Program-made: the position numbers and the translations under genes | DNA from: a virus | DNA length: 18,172 nt | IMG/VR virus record: IMGVR_UViG_3300045988_006903 | Span: 1-18,172 of that record | Reading direction: 5' to 3' (one strand) | In this document: one piece after another, positions 1 to 5,558 of the stretch | Position numbering within the stretch: the stretch's first letter is position 1 | Layout: each line of letters opens with the position of its first letter | Notes under the pieces: model-generated | Databases searched by the model: none | Told to the model about the DNA's origin: nothing | What the model saw: only the letters and a program-made list of their open reading frames with translations

Positions 1-50
1 AAAAAGGAGGGGAGGGGCCCCAGCAGCTAACTCTTTTCCATAACCGCTCT

Positions 51-178
51 GTTGTGTGTTTGTGTTTTCTTTGGTCTTCTGTGTTTTTCATTGCTGTTGC
101 TGGTGGTCGTGTTGTGGTGGGTTGTTTTGTGTTTGGTTTTTTTGTGTGTTTTGGGTGTGTTGTTTTTTGTGGTGTGGT
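51..178 (+). repeat. Strand-asymmetric G+T tract inside the left ITR
   Basis: By hand count, 51..178 holds one A (position 90) and about 8 C on the + strand. 109..178 is 70 nt of G and T only. No ORF lies here. Confidence 0.9.
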
Positions 179-183
179 ATGAT
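175..183 (+). promoter_or_regulatory. Extended -10 promoter candidate (TGGTATGAT) for the ITR gene
   Basis: TGn plus TATGAT about 32 nt upstream of the ATG at 215. A GGAAGGAAG Shine-Dalgarno sequence lies at 201..209. It belongs to a recurring TGnTAnnAT family in this genome. Confidence 0.5.
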
Positions 184-214
184 GTGAATATCAACCGATA
201 GGAAGGAAGATAAA

Positions 215-415
215 ATGATTAGCAACAGCATCATTAAGAATTATGTCGAAGACTACGTCCTGAACAGTGACCAATTCGTCGATGAGTTTGACGTTGATGC
301 GATTGTCGAGAATCTGCATCATGTGGCTTTGGTCAATGATATGGTCATTGAGAAATATGATGATTGTGATTCGTTTCCGGCTGATGATTTTACGGAAGCG
401 TTTGAGGAGGCGTGA
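215..415 (+). CDS. ITR-encoded small acidic protein (66 aa), unknown function
   Basis: ATG with a strong SD (GGAAGGAAG). It has 11 Asp and 7 Glu against 2 Lys and 0 Arg. An identical protein is encoded at 17758..17958 (-). The only nucleotide difference is synonymous (GAG versus GAA). Confidence 0.75.
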   Translation: MISNSIIKNYVEDYVLNSDQFVDEFDVDAIVENLHHVALVNDMVIEKYDDCDSFPADDFTEAFEEA

Positions 416-416
416 C

Positions 417-485
417 ATGTTCGCCTCGGTGCTTGTTATTTGCGCGTGCGTTTTTGGTGTCGTTGTCGTTTTTGGCATGGTTTGA
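417..485 (+). CDS. Possible 22-aa hydrophobic peptide (MFASVLVICACVFGVVVVFGMV)
   Basis: The ATG at 417 is preceded by GAGGAGG at 404..410 with a 6-nt spacer. The peptide could form a single TM-like helix. It is very short, so the call is speculative. Confidence 0.25.
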   Translation: MFASVLVICACVFGVVVVFGMV

Positions 486-510
486 GCGTCTTTGGTCTGA
501 TAGGTGGTGA

Positions 511-519
511 TGTTATAAT
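511..519 (+). promoter_or_regulatory. Extended -10 promoter (TGTTATAAT)
   Basis: Exact TGnTATAAT. The ATG at 527 lies 7 nt past the hexamer with no SD, the geometry expected for a leaderless mRNA. Confidence 0.5.
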
Positions 520-526
520 GGTTGGC

Positions 527-673
527 ATGATTGTTGCCGTCTACGTTCTTTCCGTGCTGTTTCTTATAATGGCGGCTACGGTGTTTTGCGAACTGCCGCG
601 CAACGCGCGTGACGTTTTTTGTTTTTTGGTCATGCTTGGCGTGAGCGTGGCTATTGTATTGGTTTTTTTGTGA
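527..673 (+). CDS. Small membrane protein with two predicted TM helices
   Basis: This is the 3' part of ORF 440..673. MIVAVYVLSVLFLIMAATVF-CELPRNARD-VFCFLVMLGVSVAIVLVFL gives two hydrophobic segments split by a charged loop. The start is ambiguous (440, 518 or 527). Confidence 0.55.
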   Translation: MIVAVYVLSVLFLIMAATVFCELPRNARDVFCFLVMLGVSVAIVLVFL

Positions 674-685
674 AAGGGGTTTGAA

Positions 686-931
686 ATGGTTGAGAATGAT
701 AGGAAGATTGCCACGTTCCGCTCTCCGTTTAGGGGCGGTGACGTTGGACTATGGTATTGCGCCCACCGCAATGTGTACGAACTCCGGTATGATGTCCGAT
801 TTTATTCAATGGACGGATTGACTGATGCAGTTGCATTGACGCCGTATGACGCATGTGACTACGACCAAGTGGTTGATATTATCGTTGACGCTACCGACTT
901 GGCGCTTACTTCGCTTTTAGAAAGGAATTAG
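686..931 (+). CDS. Hypothetical early protein (81 aa)
   Basis: ORF with SD GAAAGGGG 6-7 nt upstream. It is tightly packed in a co-directional gene string. No recognisable motif. Confidence 0.6.
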   Translation: MVENDRKIATFRSPFRGGDVGLWYCAHRNVYELRYDVRFYSMDGLTDAVALTPYDACDYDQVVDIIVDATDLALTSLLERN

Positions 932-933
932 CC

Positions 934-1137
934 ATGTATTTTCGTGGTTGGATACATTCGTGGGTATGTGGCACGTGTTCAGACGCCGATAATTATTGGC
1001 GACTGAGGGCGTTTTGGGCAGGTGTGAAGCGTAAGGGTGGCCCTTTCACTCCGCCGAGACGGTGCCCGAGTACCGACTTGTGGTTTGATATGTGGTGGTA
1101 TGGTGCAGAGTCCAGTAATGAGGAATTGGAGTTTTGA
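934..1137 (+). CDS. Hypothetical early protein (67 aa, Trp-rich)
   Basis: ORF with SD AAAGGA. It starts 2 nt after the previous stop, and its stop overlaps the next gene. Confidence 0.5.
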   Translation: MYFRGWIHSWVCGTCSDADNYWRLRAFWAGVKRKGGPFTPPRRCPSTDLWFDMWWYGAESSNEELEF

Positions 1138-1139
1138 TT

Positions 1140-1670
1140 ATGAAATCGAAGAATTTGAATTTTGATAAAAGCGACAAACGTACGAACTGGTTTGATGATG
1201 GCGTGCTGGATGATGACCGTGTGCGCCGTGTCATTCGTGGTCGTCGGCGTAATCTGCATTTGCGTGAATACAATCGAGGTGAGGGCGATTGGGAAACGTT
1301 ATGCCGTAGTATAACACTGCTCAAGGACTTTTATAAGCCTCAAGGGTCGCAAGTGGCGTTCGCCGACGGGGTGGAACATGCGGCAAATGTTTGCTTATCG
1401 CTGTCCCCTCGCACATCCCGTATCGGTGCGTTGGCGCGAACTCAGGATATTGAAATGTTGGGCGGCGTCATTTATGCTCCGGCTATGGTGGCGTGGTGCG
1501 CCGTCTGTCATGTCAAGGGCGCGTCGTGCTATGAAATGTGCAAGGTGTGGGATGGCAACGAATTTGCTCAGACCGTCGTCAAAATCGCGTGTCGATGTTT
1601 TGACAATCTGACAGATGTGCGGTATACTGATGAAGACATTGCAAGAATGTCGCAACAGCAGCAACAATAA
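1140..1670 (+). CDS. Hypothetical early protein (~176 aa) with a Cys cluster and poly-Gln tail
   Basis: ORF track 1134..1670; the ATG at 1140 follows GGAG at 1127..1130. It has a basic RRVIRGRRRN segment and a CxxCH-x6-CxxxC cluster (nt 1497..1541). The C-terminus is QQQQQ. Confidence 0.6.
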   Translation: MKSKNLNFDKSDKRTNWFDDGVLDDDRVRRVIRGRRRNLHLREYNRGEGDWETLCRSITLLKDFYKPQGSQVAFADGVEHAANVCLSLSPRTSRIGALARTQDIEMLGGVIYAPAMVAWCAVCHVKGASCYEMCKVWDGNEFAQTVVKIACRCFDNLTDVRYTDEDIARMSQQQQQ

Positions 1671-1681
1671 GATAAGGTGGC

Positions 1682-2002
1682 ATGACTATGGCATACATTA
1701 AGAGAGCCAAGCATTACAGTATCGTACGCGGTATCACGCGCGGTGAAAACGGCGAACTCGTTGACACCGAGGTGGTCGTGAATGGCGCGTGCCGTACGGC
1801 TGACATGGCTATGAAGAAAGCCCGCAAAATCAACAAGGACATGCTACCCATGTCCGCCGAATATCATGCGCAGGCAACGCGCATGGATGAATCGATTTAT
1901 TGGGCTAATTGCGAATTTGGAGATGATACCGTTGTTGACTATCCGGGGCCGGTTAACGGCAACGTGGTCGAAGATGATATTATCACCGAGGAAAATAATT
2001 AA
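1682..2002 (+). CDS. Hypothetical early protein (104-106 aa); possible phi29 p6-like dsDNA-binding protein
   Basis: SD AAGGTGG at 1674..1680 favours the second ATG at 1688. The p6-like idea rests on three points: similar size, an acidic C-terminal tail (VVEDDIITEENN), and a position just upstream of the SSB-TP-polymerase block as in phi29 (gene order 6-5-4-3-2). Sequence similarity by eye is weak. Confidence 0.55.
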   Translation: MTMAYIKRAKHYSIVRGITRGENGELVDTEVVVNGACRTADMAMKKARKINKDMLPMSAEYHAQATRMDESIYWANCEFGDDTVVDYPGPVNGNVVEDDIITEENN

Positions 2003-2029
2003 TAATCCCTATAAGGAAAGGCAACGCTA

Positions 2030-2467
2030 ATGGCTGACAACGAACTGACCGTAACGAACGGCAACAACTTTTCCGCAAACGGCACTAACGCCGTATCCCA
2101 CTTCTTCGATACCTCCACGATGGACGGCAAGATGGCACTGTACAACGCCATGCAGACCGCCGATAAGGTAGACGAACACCTCAACGAGCCGTTGCATGTT
2201 ACCAACGTGCTGGCGCAGGCCATCGAAGTCGCCAATCAGGAGACCGGCGAAATCAATTCGTCCACCCGCGTCGTCATTCACTCGGAGGAAGGCGACTTTG
2301 CCGCCGCCTCCCCTACGCTGGCGCACGCATTCGGTAATCTGTTCGCCATTTTCGGCACGCCGGACACGTGGAACCAGCCGCTTGCCCTCAAGGTGGTGGA
2401 AAAGAAGAGTCGTCGTGGCTATAAGTTCTTCGACCTTGAACTAGTGTCGGAAAACAAGCGCAAGTAA
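2030..2467 (+). CDS. Phage-type single-stranded DNA-binding protein (Lactococcus-phage SSB-like family)
   Basis: SD AAGGAAAGG. The pattern ...GKMALYNAMQTADK..L.EPL.VTNV.AQ.IEV.NQETGE...STRVV....G...A.S......FGN.FAIFGTPDTW.QPL.LKV..K.SRRGYKF..LELV matches my recollection of phage OB-fold SSBs. The position upstream of the TP and polymerase genes fits. Confidence 0.55.
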   Translation: MADNELTVTNGNNFSANGTNAVSHFFDTSTMDGKMALYNAMQTADKVDEHLNEPLHVTNVLAQAIEVANQETGEINSSTRVVIHSEEGDFAAASPTLAHAFGNLFAIFGTPDTWNQPLALKVVEKKSRRGYKFFDLELVSENKRK

Positions 2468-2486
2468 CGCTATTGTCCACACTATA

Positions 2487-2495
2487 TGATATCAT
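2487..2495 (+). promoter_or_regulatory. Promoter candidate (TGATATCAT)
   Basis: TGATATCATGGCAAT at 2487..2501 is a near copy of the portal promoter TGATATAATGGCAAT at 9723..9737. It lies in the SSB-TP intergenic gap. Confidence 0.35.
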
Positions 2496-2513
2496 GGCAA
2501 TGTCCCTATAGGG

Positions 2514-3533
2514 ATGTTGCCGCCAGACTCACCCCCCGCCGTTTCCATCCTTGCGGCGAGGGGTGTTTCATACTCACAGGGGGGGGCCGTGGCAAAACGC
2601 AAAAACCGCCGACGCGCTGACAATCTGAAACGCAACGCCGCAATCAGGTCGGCACAGGTACGCCGAGAGCGAGCAGTTAGAGATTACAGTACCGGACGAC
2701 TCCCCAAGAAAATCACCGAAACGTTTTTAGGGAACCTCAGTGCCCAACAGCTTGAACAGGTAGCACGACGCGTCGGGCAGGAGTTCGGAGAGCAGCAGCA
2801 GGCTTTAAGGGCGCGAGATAATGAACCGTATCAGGTTGTCCCCGACGTTCATGTCACGAAACTTGACCGTGAGATGGCGTCGCGTCCGCTGATTATTGAC
2901 GCGGAAATTGCCGCCGCACCGCCGAAACGTCGGAAAACATTGCGGCAGCAGCAGCGCCGCAGAGTTGAGGCACGGCAGAAAATCAAGCGTGCTCAACAAT
3001 TCGAGGCGCTGAGCATGGCCCGCTATACCGTGGGTGAAATGCGTGAAATGGAACGTGCAGGCGAATCCCCGTTTGACGTGCTGGGCACTCACACGGTCGG
3101 CGGTTCGGCCCGCGATGAACTCATGCGAAGCCGTGCGAACGTGTTCGGCTCAGAGCGTGGAATAAGCCATGCACGCGCGATGATTCGAGAGGGGAGCCGT
3201 AGGAAACTTGAGCGAGAAATGCTTGAATACGCCGGACTTATTGGACGTGCGCCGTTACGCGCCGGAACTAGGCGTATTCCCGAGAACGAGGGCGTTTCGG
3301 ATTTTGATAAAGTCGCACAGCAACTTGAAGCATTCGATTTCAGCGTAGCTCAAAGATTTGCCGCTTTGTCGAACCGTCAAAAACGATGGCTGATAAACAA
3401 CACGAATTTCAGCGTTGTAGTGCGCGAGGCAACGTGGTATAATGATAAGGCACATAAATGGGAGACTAAAGCAGATGCAGGAGATGTAGAGACACGACTT
3501 GACGAATGGATGACTAGCGCAGCAAGACACTAA
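2514..3533 (+). CDS. Terminal protein (replication primer) candidate
   Basis: Sits directly upstream of the protein-primed polymerase, as phi29 gene 3 does. It is highly Arg/Lys-rich with an N-terminal KRKNRRRADNLKRN stretch. At 314-339 aa it is comparable to known TPs. The start is uncertain: ATG 2514, or GTG 2589 preceded by AGGGGGGG. Confidence 0.55.
   Translation: MLPPDSPPAVSILAARGVSYSQGGAVAKRKNRRRADNLKRNAAIRSAQVRRERAVRDYSTGRLPKKITETFLGNLSAQQLEQVARRVGQEFGEQQQALRARDNEPYQVVPDVHVTKLDREMASRPLIIDAEIAAAPPKRRKTLRQQQRRRVEARQKIKRAQQFEALSMARYTVGEMREMERAGESPFDVLGTHTVGGSARDELMRSRANVFGSERGISHARAMIREGSRRKLEREMLEYAGLIGRAPLRAGTRRIPENEGVSDFDKVAQQLEAFDFSVAQRFAALSNRQKRWLINNTNFSVVVREATWYNDKAHKWETKADAGDVETRLDEWMTSAARH
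2530..2565 (+). promoter_or_regulatory. GC-rich hairpin in the TP leader or 5' coding region
   Basis: CACCCCCCGCC at 2530..2540 pairs with GGCGAGGGGTG at 2555..2565. That is an 11-bp stem with one mismatch and a 14-nt loop, followed by TTTCA. It could be an attenuator or weak terminator after the SSB gene. Confidence 0.3.
3435..3443 (+). promoter_or_regulatory. Internal extended -10 (TGGTATAAT) upstream of the polymerase gene
   Basis: Exact TGnTATAAT inside the 3' end of the TP gene, about 100 nt before the polymerase ATG. Confidence 0.35.
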
Positions 3534-3547
3534 AAAAGGATGGAATT

Positions 3548-5008
3548 ATGCGAGAGCGTCGAACGGCGGCAACAGACGGCGCAACATTATTGACGGATGA
3601 CGGTATAACGCCATTGACGGCGAATGCAGTCATCCGATTGACCATGCTTGACCACCATACGCGCGTATGGTGCGCTCACGGATGGCAGGATATCAAGCCC
3701 ATAGCGGCTCAACTATTGAAACGACTGCCGTTGCAATCGAATCCGGCCAAGGATGGAGTTTGGGGCACGTTCAATATTCGCGGCCATTTCTACAATTTTC
3801 GCGTGCGTATGGGCGGCGTCACCGTGGATTTTCTGGACGTGCGCAACATCACACGCGACGACGGACTGAATGTTTCACGTGAAACATTTGGTGGGGCGGA
3901 TGACTTGGAAACCACGTGGAACATCGCGCGGGAATGCGACGCCCTGAATCTCAAGGGCATGACCATAGCGTCTATGGCAATGGGCGATTACGTCGGCGGA
4001 GATTACGCAGGATTCAAACGCCATTTCCCGCCATTGGATAAAGCGGAATATCATCGGATGCGCCCCGCATACTATGGAGCGATAGTGTACAGCAGACCGG
4101 GCGAATATCGGGATTGCCGGAGTTGGGATGTGAATAGTCTTTATCCGAGCATCATGCACGACTTCGCCATGCCCGTAGGTTCTCCCGTCTGGTATGAGGG
4201 AGAATATCATTATGACGCTGATTATCCGCTGCATATCGATGTTATCTCGTTCGACGCGCGACTGAAAACGGGAAAAACGGCGACACTCACAAACATCCTA
4301 CCCGTATGGGGATACGAGGGCGAACGTATGGACAGCACGCTAGGCGTCGTCACCATGCCGGTGACCGACGTGGATTGGCAAACCCTGACGGAAAACTATG
4401 ATGTCCATGTGTGGGAGTATATCGGCGGCTGGAAATTCCGTAAATCACATGGACTCTACTATAATTACGTTGATAAATGGTTTCACGTGAAACAAACCGC
4501 AACCGGCGAGCGTCGTCAAATGGCGAAACTATTGCTTAACTCGCTGGTGGGAAAATTCGGGGCCTCGCTTTACCGGCCAATGCTTCACCCGAAGTCTTCC
4601 GGCGATGGCGGCGTGGATTTTACTGTGGACAAACCCGAGTCGGCCAACTCACTCGCATGGCTACCGACCGCCGCATATGTCAACGCCTACGGTCGGCAAA
4701 TATTGTCCCGCGCGATGAACGCGAACGCCGGTCGTGTGCTCTACGCCGATACAGACGGCATGATATTGGAGGGGTCAGATGCGCCCGCAGATATCGAAAC
4801 GGATAATAGGAAACTGGGCGCGTGGAAAAACGACCATACCTATGAAAAACTCCGTATCCTCGGCAATCGCAAATATTGCGGCGTAGAGACAGATGGCAGC
4901 ACGGTGATGCGGTTGAGTGGCGTGCATCGGGCTGCCCCTATCCCCTACGACGATTTTCTGCCGAGGTCACGCCATGTCAATGATGACGGCTGTTTTTTTG
5001 TGCTATAA
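3548..5008 (+). CDS. Family-B DNA polymerase, protein-primed (phi29-like)
   Basis: Motif A WDVNSLYPS (nt 4127..), motif B KLLLNSLVGKFG (4526..), motif C YADTDG (4742..) and KxY NRKYCG (4871..). Long stretches are colinear with phi29 DNAP, e.g. EGEYHYDADYPLHI versus EGKYVWDEDYPLHI, and RKLGAWKNDHTYEK versus KKLGYWAHESTFKR. SD is AAGGA. Confidence 0.95.
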   Translation: MRERRTAATDGATLLTDDGITPLTANAVIRLTMLDHHTRVWCAHGWQDIKPIAAQLLKRLPLQSNPAKDGVWGTFNIRGHFYNFRVRMGGVTVDFLDVRNITRDDGLNVSRETFGGADDLETTWNIARECDALNLKGMTIASMAMGDYVGGDYAGFKRHFPPLDKAEYHRMRPAYYGAIVYSRPGEYRDCRSWDVNSLYPSIMHDFAMPVGSPVWYEGEYHYDADYPLHIDVISFDARLKTGKTATLTNILPVWGYEGERMDSTLGVVTMPVTDVDWQTLTENYDVHVWEYIGGWKFRKSHGLYYNYVDKWFHVKQTATGERRQMAKLLLNSLVGKFGASLYRPMLHPKSSGDGGVDFTVDKPESANSLAWLPTAAYVNAYGRQILSRAMNANAGRVLYADTDGMILEGSDAPADIETDNRKLGAWKNDHTYEKLRILGNRKYCGVETDGSTVMRLSGVHRAAPIPYDDFLPRSRHVNDDGCFFVL

Positions 5009-5009
5009 T
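5001..5009 (+). promoter_or_regulatory. Extended -10 promoter (TGCTATAAT) overlapping the polymerase stop codon
   Basis: Exact TGnTATAAT. The TAA stop at 5006..5008 lies inside the hexamer. It would start a transcript near 5016-5017 that reads into the late (structural) genes. Confidence 0.55.
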
Positions 5010-5015
5010 GACTGG

Positions 5016-5175
5016 TAGCGGGGTGTGCGTCCCAAGCCGATTCGGTGGCCCGACCGGTAGGCAATCGGTAAGGCGATTCGGTCGGATGTAGACGTGCGTA
5101 GCCAACGCCCATCGACGGCGAGGGAACCCGCACAGCCTAGCAATTCGGCACGGCAGCGTGATTGCTGCCGTGCCA
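5016..5175 (+). ncRNA. Structured ~160-nt leader or candidate small RNA (pRNA-like?)
   Basis: No plausible ORF. Helix CCGACCG (5050..5056) pairs with CGGTCGG (5079..5085), enclosing AATCG/CGATT. A possible long-range pairing joins GTGCG..TCCC (about 5024..5033) to GGGA..CGCAC (about 5120..5133). A perfect 11-bp hairpin GGCACGGCAGC/GCTGCCGTGCC spans 5147..5174 with no U-tract. Folded by eye only. Confidence 0.2.
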
Positions 5176-5194
5176 TCTACCTTAAGAGGTGATT

Positions 5195-5536
5195 ATGGAC
5201 GACACCGAAAATGATGACAAGCCGGACACCACGCCCGACACCGAACCGGACGTGACCGCCGACGACAATACGCCGAACCCGGAGCCTGAAACGCAGGACG
5301 ATAATGAACCTGAGGACGCGGGCGACGACAAGAACGCCGACATGTCCGACCGGTTGAGCGCATTGGAGGCGACTGTGGCGGAATTGTCTAAAACCGTCGA
5401 AGCGATGCGCGACGCCGCCGCCGACCATGTGCTGAACGATGGCCCCGACGACAATGCGACGCCGGAGTCGGCTGAAATGACCGACGACGACTATAACGGC
5501 ACCTACAGTACTTTCGACGACCTATACGAAGACTGA
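5195..5536 (+). CDS. Scaffolding protein candidate (very acidic, with a coiled-coil segment)
   Basis: The ORF track starts at GTG 5189; the ATG at 5195 follows AAGAGG. The N-terminus is D/E/T/P-rich low complexity and the centre is helical (LSALEATVAELSKTVEAMRDAAA). It lies directly upstream of the capsid gene, as phi29 gene 7 does. Confidence 0.6.
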   Translation: MDDTENDDKPDTTPDTEPDVTADDNTPNPEPETQDDNEPEDAGDDKNADMSDRLSALEATVAELSKTVEAMRDAAADHVLNDGPDDNATPESAEMTDDDYNGTYSTFDDLYED

Positions 5537-5558
5537 CATTTAGGAAGGAATGATCATC

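Larger units (their letters stand above)
1..415. repeat. Left inverted terminal repeat (ITR), 415 bp
   Basis: Base-by-base comparison: 1..415 is the reverse complement of 17758..18172, with one mismatch (G at 409 versus A in the right copy). Identity is lost right after the shared TGA stop at 413..415. The terminus is 5'-AAAAAGGAGGGGAGGGGCCCC. Confidence 0.95.

Noticed and set aside
6-22. G-runs GGAGGGGAGGGG at the terminus as a G-quadruplex
   Set aside because: Only three G-runs are present, one of just 2 G, and four are needed. A role as a TP/DNAP recognition element is more likely.
2196-2444. 82-aa + strand ORF in another frame within the SSB gene, and similar overlapping ORFs (1378..1611, 3667..3882, 5887..6474, 11127..11315)
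   Set aside because: They have Arg/Pro/Ser-rich composition and no SD. Each is nested inside a longer ORF with a better coding character.
5021-5135. Possible tRNA in the structured intergenic region
   Set aside because: I could not build a cloverleaf. There is no GTTCxAxxC T-loop, no acceptor stem pairing at the right spacing and no D-loop motifs.
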